Notes: generated by a model not told the origin, from the letters alone. A stretch of DNA of 64,000 bases from Turneriella sp. (GCA_965279515.1 CBDIID010000003.1:832001-896000); one strand, 5' to 3'; counted from the first letter of the stretch, positions 37,333-49,560 are shown. Program-made: numbers and translations.

Positions 37333-38153
37333 TGCAGACCCTCGGGGAGATACTCCGGCACGACGATCCCGCCTACCTGCGCTATCTCTCGAGAAAAACA
37401 CAGTACCTCATCACTCGCGAAAAAACCGAATACGTCCACCGTTTCTGGCAGCATCTTATCATCGAGCACCATCCGCTGCATGTCTTGCCGTCGCTGTCGG
37501 CCACCGACAAAAAAACACTGCACATACTGCTGAAAAATTTCTCACACGATGGCCGGGCAGCGATGCGTGCCCGTTACCAAAAGCTCGAAAAAAAAGTGCC
37601 CTGGGTGCTGCAGCATCCCGATGGCGCCTATTTTATTCCCTATGAAATCATCAAAACCCTGATGCCGCAGCGAAAGCTCATCGGTGCGGGGTACCTCTTC
37701 CAACTGCTCTTTGCGATGCCCGAAGCGGAACAGCATTCGCTGCGCGCATTGCTCGCCCGCTCGCACCGCTCGCGCGAAGCCCTGGTGCATGAAAAACATC
37801 CCCTCGACCGCGCACTGGCGCTCTATATCTGGACGGCAGACCACCGCGCACCTGTGCGCCGCCGTAACCTGATTCAGGCAAAAAACATCTGGCATTATCT
37901 CACCGAAGAATTCCCCAAGCTGACGGACGAACTCGACGAATGGCAGCACCTGATGCAGACCGGGCGCAAGGGCTTTTATCGGTCGCTTTCACTGATTCGC
38001 GGGCGCGGTGCCGAGCTTTTGAAAAGTTTCGTCACGGGGCTCAGCGTCGTGCCCGTCGCACCGCGCAAGCACAAGGTCTTTCCGGCCCAGAACCTGAAAT
38101 TTATGATTCCGCTCGAATTTCAACCGGACAAAACCGGTGCAAAACCTCGATAA
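37329..38153 (+). CDS. Hypothetical protein
   Basis: 274 aa ORF coupled to the purD stop; no motif recognised. Confidence 0.6.
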   Translation: MMQTLGEILRHDDPAYLRYLSRKTQYLITREKTEYVHRFWQHLIIEHHPLHVLPSLSATDKKTLHILLKNFSHDGRAAMRARYQKLEKKVPWVLQHPDGAYFIPYEIIKTLMPQRKLIGAGYLFQLLFAMPEAEQHSLRALLARSHRSREALVHEKHPLDRALALYIWTADHRAPVRRRNLIQAKNIWHYLTEEFPKLTDELDEWQHLMQTGRKGFYRSLSLIRGRGAELLKSFVTGLSVVPVAPRKHKVFPAQNLKFMIPLEFQPDKTGAKPR

Positions 38154-40266
38154 GGTCTTCTTTACGTACCGGTTTTGCGAGGTGCGCGTCGCAGCCCGCC
38201 GCGCGCGAGGCTTCGATGTCCTCGACCATCGCATTGCCTGAAAGCGCGACGATCGGTGTACGCCGGCGGTTACCATGCGCCTCGGCCTGCCGGATAGCCC
38301 CCGTGGCATCAAGGCCATTCATCTCGGGCATGATGATATCCATGAAGATCAGATCGAATTTACCACCAGACGCCAGCTCAAAGGCCTCTTTGCCGTTTTC
38401 GGCGACCACGACTTCGGCGACGAGCGGCCGCAAATTTTCCACCATCAGCAGCTGATTGATTTCGTTATCCTCGGCGACCAGGACGCGCAGATTGCGCAGG
38501 TGTGCGACAGGCATTGAAACGCGGGTTTCCTGCTCAGGCTTTTTGACCTCTTCTTCAGCTGTCGGCAGATAAAGCCGGCAATAGAACGTGGTGCCGTGGC
38601 CGATGCGGCTGCGGCAGCGGATCGCCCCCTGCATGAGCCGCGCCAGCTTCAGCGCAATATTGAGCCCCAGCCCTGTGCCGCCATATTGCCGCGTCGTCGA
38701 AACATCCGCCTGCTCATACGCTGAAAAGATGCGCGAGATATTTTCTTTCGAAATACCGATGCCCGTGTCGTGTACGAAAAAATTGACGTAGTTTGAATCG
38801 AGCGCACGCGCTACATGGATATAGATCTTGCCGTTTTCTGTAAATTTCAGCGCATTCGAAACGAGGTTGATGATCACCTGCCGGATGCGCGTCGGGTCAC
38901 CTGAAACCAGATTGCTGGTATTTTGGTGCACGCGCACGATGATTGCATCTTTCTGGCTTTCGGCCTTCGCCGCGTAAAAGAACTGTAGATCGGAGATCAT
39001 CTTGCGGATGTCGAACACCGCTTTTTCGAGAGTGAGACGGTTATTTTCAATCTTCGAAATATCGAGTATGTCGTTGATGATCCTGAGCAGACTATCGCCC
39101 GAGTCGCGTATCAGCTGCAAGTAGTTACGCGCTTCGGTCTCCGTCGTTCTTTCGCGCAAAAGGTCTGCGATACCTAAAATGGCGTTCAGCGGGTTGCGGA
39201 TCTCATGGCTCATGCTGGCGAGAAAGTCGGCCTTGGCCTTGGTCCGCAGTTCTGCATCGTCGCGCTCGATGAGCGCGCGTTTTTCCTGCTCGCGGATGGT
39301 GATGATGTCGGCAAAGATGTCGGCGCGTTCGTCGCGCACCAGGAACATCTGGCGCGCGCGGCCGGCAGCGATCTTACTGTCGATAAAGGCCCGCAGGTTT
39401 CGCAGCGTGCGCAGCTGATCACGGAAAAAATACATGAGCAGAAAAAAGACAATGAGCCCGACAAAGATGTAGATCGTGATGAGGCGCGTCGCCATGGCTT
39501 CCACCTGGCTCATGGCGATCGTATAAGGACGCGCGAGATAGATGACCAGCGGCAGATCGCGCAGCTGGTAGCGGGCGATGATGAATTTGCTGTCCTTAAG
39601 GGTCAGTTCCTGTATGCCATTCACGGTATGCTGCCAGAACAGCTTGTGGATACCCGCCTGCCAATCGGCAGGGACCTGGTATTCTGCCTCGATCGTATTC
39701 GAGAGGAAGGGCTCTTCATGTACGTTGTAGATAAAGATGCGGTCGTCGGGGCTGATGTTCTGCGAGACATCGAGCAGCTGCGAGAGAAACGTCGCCTCAA
39801 AGATGAAATAACGGCGCGCAGCCTTTTTCTCCAGGTAGATAATCCGCGGCTTGCTCTTTTCGGCGTCGATATAGAATTCGATGAGCGCGCCGCTGCCTTC
39901 GCTGTTTCCCAGCCAGTTTAGTATATTCAGGCGCACCGATTCGGGCACCGGTAATTCATAGGCGGTCGCGAACGCACCGCGCGCCACGAGGTAGTTGTTG
40001 CCGACCTGGAGATCCACCTTGTCTTTGAGATAGGTGCGTACCTCAAGGGAAAAGGCATGCGCCCGCAGGTAAAAGTTCTGGTACAGCGATTCCTTTTCTG
40101 TCTGGATATTATCGTTGATGGAGAGGTAACCCAGGACAATAAATGGTACGATGAACAGAATGACCGTTGTCGCAGCACCCTTGAGCCACAAGGGCAGATA
40201 ACGGCGGCGCAAAAAACGCCGCACCTTCAGAGTAATTTGTTGTCTCAGCCGCAGCCGCGACCGCAT
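38101..40266 (-). CDS. Hybrid sensor histidine kinase/response regulator
   Basis: Two TM helices around a periplasmic sensor; FLASMSHEIRNPL, NLVSNALKFT, DTGIG, GGTGLGL; receiver AEDN...FMDIIMP...KP. Confidence 0.94.
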   Translation of the reverse strand: MRSRLRLRQQITLKVRRFLRRRYLPLWLKGAATTVILFIVPFIVLGYLSINDNIQTEKESLYQNFYLRAHAFSLEVRTYLKDKVDLQVGNNYLVARGAFATAYELPVPESVRLNILNWLGNSEGSGALIEFYIDAEKSKPRIIYLEKKAARRYFIFEATFLSQLLDVSQNISPDDRIFIYNVHEEPFLSNTIEAEYQVPADWQAGIHKLFWQHTVNGIQELTLKDSKFIIARYQLRDLPLVIYLARPYTIAMSQVEAMATRLITIYIFVGLIVFFLLMYFFRDQLRTLRNLRAFIDSKIAAGRARQMFLVRDERADIFADIITIREQEKRALIERDDAELRTKAKADFLASMSHEIRNPLNAILGIADLLRERTTETEARNYLQLIRDSGDSLLRIINDILDISKIENNRLTLEKAVFDIRKMISDLQFFYAAKAESQKDAIIVRVHQNTSNLVSGDPTRIRQVIINLVSNALKFTENGKIYIHVARALDSNYVNFFVHDTGIGISKENISRIFSAYEQADVSTTRQYGGTGLGLNIALKLARLMQGAIRCRSRIGHGTTFYCRLYLPTAEEEVKKPEQETRVSMPVAHLRNLRVLVAEDNEINQLLMVENLRPLVAEVVVAENGKEAFELASGGKFDLIFMDIIMPEMNGLDATGAIRQAEAHGNRRRTPIVALSGNAMVEDIEASRAAGCDAHLAKPVRKEDLIEVLHRFCPVEIRAES

Positions 40267-40325
40267 AGGGGGGAAATTTTCCTTCGTTTCGGAAGGTACA
40301 GCAGTTTACGGGTTTTTCAGCGCTT

Positions 40326-42323
40326 TTAGCCGTTTTCGAGCCGGTCAGCCACTGAACGGCGGTTTTGAAAGGCCTCGCTGTTCGAGGGATCAAGCTCGAG
40401 CGCGCGGTTAAACGCATCGAGCGAACGGTTGAGGTGCCCTTGTTTGAAATAGATGATACCCATGAGCGTGAAGGCCTTCGACGCCATTGGCACCGAGCGT
40501 ACCTCGGCGGTGATGGCACGCAGCTCTTCGATCGCCTTATCTTGCGACGACATCGTGCCCTCGCGCATCAAGGAACGCGCCATCAGAAAGCGCGCCTCGT
40601 CGGCATTCGGCCGCAGCTGAATCGCCTGCATCAGCACCGGGTAGATGACCTGCACAGGGCGCTCGCTCATCAGCATCGCATCGGCCTGCGAGATCAGTGT
40701 GTTGTATTTGATGCCGGCGTCGGATGTCATCGCGGCTTTTTCATAATACTGCATGGCGGTATCGTAGGCCTTGCGCTTCATGTACAGATCGCCCAGCATC
40801 TGCGCCGCATAATAGGCGTCTTCACCTTTGCGGTTCGGGTGCTCGGCGAGGCGCTTGAGTGCCGACTCGGCTTCCGTGAGCTCGCCCAGGTTGAGGTAGA
40901 GTTGAGCCTGTCCCTTTAACACCTTGAGGTTATCGGGGTTCAGGCGGAGTGATTCCTTATACAGGGTAATGGCACGGTGCGCCTGGCCGTTCTGTACATA
41001 GGCGTCGGCCAGCAGCACCAGCGCATCTTCATTCAACATATCGAGCTGGTATGCGCCTTCGAGCGCCTTCTCGGCATTCTTGTAGTCGCGTACGGCCACA
41101 TAGACCTTGCCGAGGTTATAGAGTGCCTGCGCTTTTTCCTGGGTCTTGGGTGACGACTCATAGAGCTCGCGGAATACCTGAATGGCGGGTGCCCACTTGC
41201 CCTGGGCAATCAGCATGTCGCCCATCTGCGAAAGTATGACAGGGTCTTTGGGCGCTTCGCGGAGTGCACGGCGGAGCGCTTCCTCAGCCTGATCTTTTCT
41301 GCCCAATTCTGAAAACAGCCGGGCAATATACATAAAAGTCTGTGGATTATCACTGCCCAGCTTAATCGCCTCGTCGAGCTCGCGCACCGCGCGCTCGTTT
41401 TCACCCAACTGGTGCAACACCAGGGCGAGGTTGTAGTGGTACTTGGCTGTCGCAGGCGACAAGGCCACCGCGCGCTCGAAATAATATTTTGCATTGGGCA
41501 GGTCGCCCTGTGTCGCATGCAGCATGCCGAGCTGGGTCGCTGCCTTATAGGCAATCTCGCCCGCAGAGGCCAGGTTCAGGGCATCGAGGAAGGCGCCCTT
41601 GGCTTCGGCAAATTTGCCGTCCTTTTTGTAGACCATCCCCAGGTTGTAATAAGCCAGGGGATCTTTAGATGTCTCGATGGCCTGCTTCAGCGTCGACTCA
41701 GCGCCTTTGAGGTCCTGGTTCTGGTACTGCAACTGACCTTTGAGGTTCTGCGCCTCCACGAGGTCAGGGCGCAGTTTCTGCGCCCGCTCGAGTGCCGCGA
41801 GCGCCTCTTTGTACATCCCCTTATGCCGCAGGGCAATGGCCATATTGTAATGCGCGTAAAAATTGCTGTTATCGAACTTGATCGCCCGGTCGAAAAAGTC
41901 ACCGGCGAGATTGAACTTGCCCTCGTCGTCGGCCATGATGCCGAGATAAACCAGCGCCATACTCTTGACGTCGGCGGGTTTTCCCGATTCGACAATCTGC
42001 TGAAACTCTGCCTGCGCGGGCTTGAGATAGCCGCGGTTGTACATTTCAACGGCCTTTTTGAGTTCGAGATCCTGCGGCAGCTGGTCGGGCGCCATTTTAC
42101 GGCTTGAAGCGTCTTCGAAGTCGGTCGCTGGTTTCAGCCGTGTTTCATTGAGCGTCTGCTTCTTCTGCCACAGCATGTAATAGACGCCCGAGGCGATGAG
42201 CGCGATCAGGAGGACAATGCCGGCCGAAATCAGTACGGTGCGGTTCTTACCCCCACCCCCCCGCTCGGGTTGATACGAGTATTCTGCCGGGGCAGAATCG
42301 CTGATTTCGGTGATGCGCGCCAT
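40326..42323 (-). CDS. Membrane-anchored TPR-repeat protein
   Basis: One N-terminal TM helix followed by many TPR repeats. Confidence 0.85.
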   Translation of the reverse strand: MARITEISDSAPAEYSYQPERGGGGKNRTVLISAGIVLLIALIASGVYYMLWQKKQTLNETRLKPATDFEDASSRKMAPDQLPQDLELKKAVEMYNRGYLKPAQAEFQQIVESGKPADVKSMALVYLGIMADDEGKFNLAGDFFDRAIKFDNSNFYAHYNMAIALRHKGMYKEALAALERAQKLRPDLVEAQNLKGQLQYQNQDLKGAESTLKQAIETSKDPLAYYNLGMVYKKDGKFAEAKGAFLDALNLASAGEIAYKAATQLGMLHATQGDLPNAKYYFERAVALSPATAKYHYNLALVLHQLGENERAVRELDEAIKLGSDNPQTFMYIARLFSELGRKDQAEEALRRALREAPKDPVILSQMGDMLIAQGKWAPAIQVFRELYESSPKTQEKAQALYNLGKVYVAVRDYKNAEKALEGAYQLDMLNEDALVLLADAYVQNGQAHRAITLYKESLRLNPDNLKVLKGQAQLYLNLGELTEAESALKRLAEHPNRKGEDAYYAAQMLGDLYMKRKAYDTAMQYYEKAAMTSDAGIKYNTLISQADAMLMSERPVQVIYPVLMQAIQLRPNADEARFLMARSLMREGTMSSQDKAIEELRAITAEVRSVPMASKAFTLMGIIYFKQGHLNRSLDAFNRALELDPSNSEAFQNRRSVADRLENG

Positions 42324-42390
42324 ATGTTATTTTCGGAGAATATTTTCCTTTTCCATAGTGGGATTTCCAGACGATACTAAAACAGCTACT

Positions 42391-43146
42391 ATGTTGCGGC
42401 AATGCTATTTTTCGGTGCGCGTGCGCCTCATCTTCTCAGCGGCTGTTTTCGCCACCATGGTATATCCCACGACCCTGTTTGCCGGGGTACCGATGGTCGA
42501 CGGAGTCAATACCCAGACCGCCGTCACGCTGAAACGCGGCGAGTTTGACGTCGCGCTGACTGCCTATGAAGGCGGCGGCATCTTTAACCGCAACATTCTC
42601 GCGGTGCACGACAATATCTACCTCGGCGCCGCCTTTGACATCGAAGGGGCCATCGGCGAGAACAACGCCAAAGTCAATATTCCCGGCGTGCTCGCGAAGG
42701 CCAAGATCACTGACGGCTGGGCAGATTTCCCGATTCTGATCGCCGTGGGCTATGACGCCTTCTATGCCGGCAGTCGCGGCAAGGTGCAGTCGAGCAATCC
42801 CTACAACCGCATGATCTTCGGGCCCTACTTCACGGTTACAAAGCCGATCTACCTTCTGGGCGAAGAGCAGCACCTGCATTTCGGTGCGCGTATGCCCGTC
42901 TACCCCAACTATACCCCGGAAGACAGCGAACTCTACTTCGGCATCGATTTTCCGATTGGCCCGTTCATTCCAATTTTCGAGATCCAGCGCATTCTGTTCG
43001 ACTCGAGCCGCCTGAAAGAAGTGCTGTTCAATGTCGGGTTGCGCTTCCAGTTCTTCGACCACCTGGCGTTTGAGCTCGACTTCATGATGGGCATAGAGCA
43101 GAAGACGAACCGCATGATCGTGTTCGAATATCTCGATCGATTTTAG
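42391..43146 (+). CDS. Putative outer-membrane beta-barrel protein (YjbH-like)
   Basis: Signal peptide, TAVTLKRGEF, alternating beta strands, C-terminal Phe. Confidence 0.6.
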   Translation: MLRQCYFSVRVRLIFSAAVFATMVYPTTLFAGVPMVDGVNTQTAVTLKRGEFDVALTAYEGGGIFNRNILAVHDNIYLGAAFDIEGAIGENNAKVNIPGVLAKAKITDGWADFPILIAVGYDAFYAGSRGKVQSSNPYNRMIFGPYFTVTKPIYLLGEEQHLHFGARMPVYPNYTPEDSELYFGIDFPIGPFIPIFEIQRILFDSSRLKEVLFNVGLRFQFFDHLAFELDFMMGIEQKTNRMIVFEYLDRF

Positions 43147-43202
43147 TCAAGAATGAGCATGGCTGAGCCGTGTACCTTTTGCGTTTTACGTTTGCGGGCC
43201 GA

Positions 43203-43763
43203 TTAGTTTGGGAATTTAGGCCTTAGATCCGGTGGCCAAGGCTCGATTTGGTATTTTTCAACATATTCAAGGGCCACGGCGTCGTTCTTTTCCGTCCTTG
43301 AAGCATAGCTAATAATGAATTCCGAGCGATTCTTTCTTTGGCGGTATTTCGCATTCCAGATTTCCACATCGGCCTTATCGCGCCAATAAAAATCATTCCT
43401 GAGCCAATCCTCGGTAACGCGCTGCAGGTAATACCGAACAGCAAAATCCATCAGGCGCGAAAGCGAAATGCCCGAATGGTGACACCGTGCCATACAGACG
43501 CTGCGTAATGCCTCAGTGCTGCAAAAAGGTACGATTTCGTATGGCCCACTGCGCGGATTGTAGCGTTTGCTCCGCGCCGCCATATTGCGTTGGCCACGCC
43601 AAAATCGCAGGGCAAGACGCAGGCAATCGCGCATCAGGCGTTGCTCAGAATAACGAATTCCACGGCCTGCAAATAATCGGACCGTTTCCTTAAGCCTTTC
43701 GCGCATTGCCGTGCGCAGCGTAACCGATGTGGGCCGGAGCGGGGAGAGATCCAGGTGCTTCAT
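43203..43763 (-). CDS. Basic hypothetical protein resembling Leptospiraceae DUF1564-type proteins
   Basis: Arg-rich; KRYN..., HHSGISLSRLMDFAVRYYL suggests a ribbon-helix-helix-like segment (recalled resemblance only). Confidence 0.5.
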   Translation of the reverse strand: MKHLDLSPLRPTSVTLRTAMRERLKETVRLFAGRGIRYSEQRLMRDCLRLALRFWRGQRNMAARSKRYNPRSGPYEIVPFCSTEALRSVCMARCHHSGISLSRLMDFAVRYYLQRVTEDWLRNDFYWRDKADVEIWNAKYRQRKNRSEFIISYASRTEKNDAVALEYVEKYQIEPWPPDLRPKFPN

Positions 43764-43857
43764 ATATAAGAAATGCCAGAAAACACCGCTTTTTTCTCAA
43801 TCCGTGACGCCTTTCAGTGGACGGCACGTGCAGAAACCGTTATTTTTCCCTTAGCGC

Positions 43858-44835
43858 ATGAAAACTGATGATAATACGGTCGCCGACTGGCGCGAAAAAG
43901 CGGGTAAGACGTATTTTGAAGAAGAGCTCGACGAGCGCGAACCTTTGGTGCGCGAAATTCTCGAACTCAAAAAACAGAAAAACGCCATCATTCTCGGGCA
44001 CAACTATATGACGCCCGATGTCTATTACGGCATCTCTGATTTCGTCGGCGATTCGCTCGAACTCGCCCGCCGCTCGCGAGACACAAAGGCAGATATCATT
44101 CTTTTCAACGGCGTGCATTTTATGGCCGAGACCGCGAAGATACTCAATCCCGAGCGCAAGGTGCTGATCGCCGACCTCAAGGCCGGTTGTTCCCTGGCCG
44201 AGAGTATGACGGGTGAGGATGTCCGCAATTTACGCAAAAAATTTCCCGGCGTGCCGATTGTCTCCTATATCAACTGCACGGCAGATGTCAAAACCGAGGT
44301 TGACATCATCTGCACGAGCGCCAACGCCGTCAAAATCGTCGAAAGCCTGCCGTCTGACACCGTACTCGTGGTACCCGACGGCTACCTCGCGATGAACATC
44401 CAGAAGCACACAAAAAAGAAGATTATCCCCTGGGCGGGCAAGTGTATGGTGCACGAGCTCTATACGGAATTCGACGTCGATGTGGCGCGTAAAAGTTTTC
44501 CCGACGCCAAAATCATCGCCCACCCCGAATGTAAAGACACCGTTACGGCGAAAGTCGACTTCACCGGCTCAACCTCGCAGATGGGCAAGTATATCCGCGA
44601 ATCGAAAGCAAACCAGGTGCTGCTCATGACTGAATGCTCCATGGGCGACAATTTGCGCGCCGAGTTTCCCGAGGTTACGTTTATCTCATCGTGCCAGACC
44701 TGCCCGCACATGAAAAAGATCACGCTTGAAAAGGTACGCGATGCGTTGAAGTTCGAGCGCTTCGAGGTAACTCTCTCTGACGATACCATCCGGCGCGGCC
44801 GCGCCTCGCTTGACCGTATGCTGGCGGTCGTGTAA
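43858..44835 (+). CDS. nadA: Quinolinate synthase A
   Basis: [47 protein letters not shown]. Confidence 0.96.
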   Translation: MKTDDNTVADWREKAGKTYFEEELDEREPLVREILELKKQKNAIILGHNYMTPDVYYGISDFVGDSLELARRSRDTKADIILFNGVHFMAETAKILNPERKVLIADLKAGCSLAESMTGEDVRNLRKKFPGVPIVSYINCTADVKTEVDIICTSANAVKIVESLPSDTVLVVPDGYLAMNIQKHTKKKIIPWAGKCMVHELYTEFDVDVARKSFPDAKIIAHPECKDTVTAKVDFTGSTSQMGKYIRESKANQVLLMTECSMGDNLRAEFPEVTFISSCQTCPHMKKITLEKVRDALKFERFEVTLSDDTIRRGRASLDRMLAVV

Positions 44836-44843
44836 ACGAGTCT

Positions 44844-45926
44844 GTGAAGCGACTTGCCGTAGTTATCCTTTTCTCAGCCACAGGCGCTATTTTCGCCGCA
44901 CCTGCCGGTACAGCGCTGCAAAACGAGCATATCAAGACGGAACTCGCGCGCACCGTGCCTGCCTGCGATACTGTTGCGGCGAACGCAGCGCGGCTGATAC
45001 TGCAAAAACCCGAATCGCAGGACAGCGTGGTTTCGGAATGGAAGAGCCTCTGCGACCACAGCATCTTCTACCGGCTCTATAACATCTCGTCGCGCCTCGA
45101 GCGCATTAACGCCGATTCGCCCGAACTCGACAGCGCGCTGTGGACGATGCTGAAGAGGCAGGGCAAGTATAAAAAAAAGGCAAGGCCTGAAGCCGAGCTC
45201 GGCGAACTCTTAAAGCGCAATGCGCAGGCCGCGAAACCCGAAAGCGACGACGGTAAACTGCTGCAGGAATGGTTTCTGGGCGGGGAGCGGGCGCTGCGTG
45301 CCGCACTGCCCCGCTACCCGAAAAGCCGGCTCCACCAGTTCTACAGGGCCGAGCTCGATGCGTCGCAAAACGGCCTTTTCCTGAGCATGGCCTTCAATGC
45401 CGGGGCCTGGTTTCCAACGGGCAGCCTGGCGACGCTGGGAAATCATCCTTCCATCGGCTTTAATATGTTCCTCGGCAAGAACCGCTTTTCCGGCGGGCTC
45501 ATCTTCGACTTCCGCTTTGGCAACGCACCTTCGAACTATACCTTTTACAACCCCAATACCGGCGCACTCGAAAGCACCAACACCTTCTTCGGGCTTTTTA
45601 TCGGGCCCGACTTCCGCTGGGAATTCTTTCGCACAGAGCAATTTTCGCTATTTGCCGCCGCAGGTTTGGGCTATGACCTCATTACACACTATGCTGCTTC
45701 GCGGTATTCCCGCGAGCGCGCCGCATACAGCGAAAGTTTTAACCTGAACGGCGGCCTCGTAATGCGCGCCTATTTTTCCGAAGAGCGGGCCGCCTACCTC
45801 GATATCGAACTCAGGGCGCACCGGTCTTCGTATAACGATGGCGGCAAAGGGGGAGATACCTTTTCGGGCGCGTATTTTACCGCCGTGCTCGCTGCAGGTT
45901 ACCGCCTGAGCTTTGAAGATTATTGA
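44844..45926 (+). CDS. Exported hypothetical protein with helical N-domain and C-terminal beta-barrel-like domain
   Basis: Signal peptide; amphipathic beta strands in the C-terminal half. Confidence 0.6.
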   Translation: MKRLAVVILFSATGAIFAAPAGTALQNEHIKTELARTVPACDTVAANAARLILQKPESQDSVVSEWKSLCDHSIFYRLYNISSRLERINADSPELDSALWTMLKRQGKYKKKARPEAELGELLKRNAQAAKPESDDGKLLQEWFLGGERALRAALPRYPKSRLHQFYRAELDASQNGLFLSMAFNAGAWFPTGSLATLGNHPSIGFNMFLGKNRFSGGLIFDFRFGNAPSNYTFYNPNTGALESTNTFFGLFIGPDFRWEFFRTEQFSLFAAAGLGYDLITHYAASRYSRERAAYSESFNLNGGLVMRAYFSEERAAYLDIELRAHRSSYNDGGKGGDTFSGAYFTAVLAAGYRLSFEDY

Positions 45927-46585
45927 GCCGCGCGCCAGATCAGCGAGAGGTTGCGCTTTTGATCGCCGCGCCGCGCCGAGTACCAATCCGGCGATGCCAG
46001 CGTGTCTGTATCATGCCAGGTGACCTGCGCCTCACCGACACCCAGCGATAGCAATTCATGGCGCAAAATCGCCTTGAGATTTAAGAAAAACTTCCCGTTT
46101 GGCTTCGCCGTACAAAACTGCACATCGAACCCGCCGGCGACATCGGCACCCACTTCGTAGGATGTCTCGCGGATAAACGGCCCGACAATAAATTGCAAAT
46201 CAGCCACCGTGGCCCGTGCTGTTTCCAGCGTTTTTGTCAGAATCTTTTTCTCCAGGCCGCGCCAACCGGCGTGCACCGCCCCGATGAGGCCATCCGCTGC
46301 AGAATAGAACAGAATCGGAATACAATCCGCCGTACGGATCAGTAGCGCAGTGCCGTATTCCCGGGTGAAGAGCGCATCGCCGTCACCGGCAAAATGCAGC
46401 CGCTGCGCGTCGCAAGGCACGCCGATCGCGCGGTCACCGTGTACCTGTTCGGCATAAGCGAGCGTCCGGATTTCAGCAAAACGTTCGAGCAGGATTTCAT
46501 ACTGCGCGGAAAACGCCGGCGCGCTGAAAGCAGTGTCGCTCCCGATAAAGCGGACTTTGTGAGCGGCTTTGTCTGCGCTGATCAA
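45920..46585 (-). CDS. pgeF: PgeF/YfiH-family (laccase-domain) purine nucleoside enzyme
   Basis: [32 protein letters not shown]. Confidence 0.9.
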   Translation of the reverse strand: MISADKAAHKVRFIGSDTAFSAPAFSAQYEILLERFAEIRTLAYAEQVHGDRAIGVPCDAQRLHFAGDGDALFTREYGTALLIRTADCIPILFYSAADGLIGAVHAGWRGLEKKILTKTLETARATVADLQFIVGPFIRETSYEVGADVAGGFDVQFCTAKPNGKFFLNLKAILRHELLSLGVGEAQVTWHDTDTLASPDWYSARRGDQKRNLSLIWRAAQ

Positions 46586-48402
46586 ATATCGCCCGTTTTC
46601 AGAACGGAAAGGAAGGCTTCCTGCGGAATCTCGACCGAACCGATCATCTTCATGCGCTTCTTACCTTCTTTCTGTTTATCGAGGAGCTTACGCTTGCGCG
46701 AAATATCGCCGCCATAACATTTTGCGGTTACGTTTTTGCGCAGCGCGCTGATCGTCTCGCGCGCCACGACCTTGCCGCCAATCGCCGCCTGCAGCGCGAT
46801 CTGGAACTGGTGCTTCGAGATATGTTCTTTCAGCTGCTCGATCACCTGGCGGCCGCGCGTCTCTGCGGAATTCTTGTGTACGATCATCGACAGCGCATCG
46901 ACGCGGTTTGCGTGCACAAGAATATCGAGCTTTACGAGCGAACTTTTCCGGTACTCGGCAAATTCATAGTCTAAACTTGCATAACCGCGCGAAACGCTCT
47001 TGAGGCGGTCATAGAATTCGAAGATCATCTCTGCGAGGGGCACAAGATAGAGAATCTGCACGGTCGTGGTATCGAGATAATTCATCGAAATATTTTCGCC
47101 GCGTTTGTCGGAGAGTAATTGCAGAATCGCGCCCATGTATTCCGCAGGCGAAATAATCGCCACTTTGACGTAAGGCTCTTCAATATGCGAAATCTCCCCG
47201 GGGTCCGGAAACTCCGCCGGGTTATTTAAGGTCATCATTGGCTTGTGCTGGAAATGGATATGGTAGGTCACCGATGGCGCCGTGGTTAAGAGGTTAATGC
47301 CGAATTCGCGCTCAAGGCGTTCCTGCACAATTTCCATGTGCAAAAGCCCCAGGTAACCGACGCGGAAGCCGAAGCCCAGGGCTTCGGAACTCTCGGGTTC
47401 GTAGATGAGTGCGGGATCATTGAGCGCAAGTTTATCCATCGACTCTTTGAGCAAAGGATAGTCGTCGCCGTTCACCGGGAAAAGCCCGGAGAACACCATG
47501 GGCTTAACTTCTTTATATTTAAAGAGCGGCTCGGAAGCAGGTTTCGAAGCGAGCGTTATCGTATCCCCGAGCATGATATCCGCGACATTCTTGATGCCGG
47601 TAACGATATAACCGACTTCACCTGCTTTCAGCGAATCTTGCGGTACGAGTTTCAGCTGCGAAATACCGATGTCATTGACGGGATGCACACCGCCCTTACG
47701 CATGAAAGAGATCTGGTCGTTTTTCCTGATCTCGCCGTCGAAGACGCGCACTTTCTCAACGACGCCGCGGTAGGTGTCAAAGTAGGCATCGAAGACTAGC
47801 GCACGCGCATAGGGATAACCCTCGCCGCCTTTGAGACCCGGCGCGGGAATTTTATCGATGATCGCCTGCATCAGCGCCTCGACATTGATGCCCGATTTGC
47901 CGGAAACCGCGACAGCATCGTCGGGGCTCAGGCCCAGCGACTCGCCGATCTGCTTTCTTGTTTTTTCGACGTCGGCCGAAGGCAGGTCGATTTTATTGAT
48001 GACGGGTAAAATGTAGAGATCGGCGTCGAGCGCGAGGTAGAAATTCGCCAGCGTCTGCGCCTGCACACCTTGCGTGGAATCAACGAGCAACAGCACGCCT
48101 TCGCAGGCTGCCAGACTCCGCGAGACTTCGTAGGTGAAGTCGACATGGCCGGGAGTATCAATCAGGTTAAAGAGATAGGTTTCGCCGTTTTGACCCTTCC
48201 AGTAGAACGAGGCCGAGTTACTTTTAATCGTAATACCGCGCTCGCGCTCGATATCCATACTGTCGAGAATCTGGTCTTTGCCGGTGCGCTCGTCGGTGAG
48301 CTTGCCGAGCGCCAAAAGGCGGTCGGCAAGCGTTGATTTGCCGTGGTCGATGTGGGCAATGATCGAAAAATTGCGTATATGTGAACGCGGAATATCGGGC
48401 AT
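46582..48402 (-). CDS. lepA: Elongation factor 4 (LepA)
   Basis: [48 protein letters not shown]. Confidence 0.97.
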   Translation of the reverse strand: MPDIPRSHIRNFSIIAHIDHGKSTLADRLLALGKLTDERTGKDQILDSMDIERERGITIKSNSASFYWKGQNGETYLFNLIDTPGHVDFTYEVSRSLAACEGVLLLVDSTQGVQAQTLANFYLALDADLYILPVINKIDLPSADVEKTRKQIGESLGLSPDDAVAVSGKSGINVEALMQAIIDKIPAPGLKGGEGYPYARALVFDAYFDTYRGVVEKVRVFDGEIRKNDQISFMRKGGVHPVNDIGISQLKLVPQDSLKAGEVGYIVTGIKNVADIMLGDTITLASKPASEPLFKYKEVKPMVFSGLFPVNGDDYPLLKESMDKLALNDPALIYEPESSEALGFGFRVGYLGLLHMEIVQERLEREFGINLLTTAPSVTYHIHFQHKPMMTLNNPAEFPDPGEISHIEEPYVKVAIISPAEYMGAILQLLSDKRGENISMNYLDTTTVQILYLVPLAEMIFEFYDRLKSVSRGYASLDYEFAEYRKSSLVKLDILVHANRVDALSMIVHKNSAETRGRQVIEQLKEHISKHQFQIALQAAIGGKVVARETISALRKNVTAKCYGGDISRKRKLLDKQKEGKKRMKMIGSVEIPQEAFLSVLKTGDI

Positions 48403-48460
48403 CTCAGGAAGCAGAGCCGGCGTTTTTGACAGCGGGTAAAGGAGATTAGTACTGCCCTTG

Positions 48461-49560
48461 ATGTCCCGTAAAAAGAAGATCCTCCTGATCATCGCCGTCG
48501 GTATCGCGACGCTGCTGGGAGTGAACCACCGCTGGGTGGGCTATCTCGCACACCTGGCAAAGCACCAGTACCGTGTGATCTTATATAAAGAGAAAATCAC
48601 AGAACGCCTGAAACGCCCGAACCTATCTGAGGAGGAACGCCGTATTCTCAATATGACGCTTTCGATCCGTAAATTTGCCGAACTCAGCTATGACCTGAAA
48701 AATTCGACAAGCTACCAGTCATACTACGACCTGGGGCGCAAGGAATTGGGCTTCAATATCACCGTCGCGCCGGCCTTGAGCCTCAAACCTGAATCGTTCC
48801 GCTTTTGGCCGATCGGCAGCTTTGACTATCTGGGATTTTTTGACCGGGCCTATGCCGAGAGCTGGGCCAGCACCTACCGCGAAAAAGGCTTCGATGTGCA
48901 CCTCTCTGAAATCGGCGGCTATTCTACGCTTGGTTGGTTTGAAGACCCCCTGTATTCGAGCCAGCTGTCGTGGGGCGAATACGGCCTTGCCCGCCTTTTG
49001 GGGCATGAGATCGCGCACGAAAAACTTTATTTCAGGGACGATACGACATTTTCAGAACTGCTAGCCTCGTTTATTGAGCGCAAACTCGCACTCGATTATT
49101 TAATTGCACAAGGCCGGAAAATTCCGTCAGAAGCGGAAATCCGCGAGCGGCGACGCCGCGCTGAAACCTTTGCGGATCTGATCGCTGAGATCAAAAAAGA
49201 ACTCGAACAAGTCTATTCCTCCGCCCTGGCCGATAAAGAGAAACTGGAACGGAAACGGCAAATCATCAGTAAGCTTCGGAAAAATCTGGAAAAACGGAAA
49301 GATGATTTTTCCACCTTTGCCGCTGCGCATGAGCTTTCACAGCTGAGAGAGATCAATAATGCGACCCTGGTCCAGTTTCACCGCTATTCAGCGCAAGGCA
49401 AGGCGTTCGAGCTTCTGTATGAGGGCTGTAAAAAACTATCACCGCAGAGTATTTATACCTGCTGGTTTGGGGAACTGGCAAAATTAAAGCCATGCTCCCG
49501 CGAAGTGCGGAAGGCATGGCTTCTCGGTGACGGGAAAATCCCGACGGCCTGTTCCGGTGC

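Noticed and set aside
48403..48492. Longer N-termini offered by the ORF track for lepA (likewise nusG, tsaB, Fur, rsmG)
   Set aside because: Extensions overlap neighbouring genes and lack family similarity; downstream starts fit better
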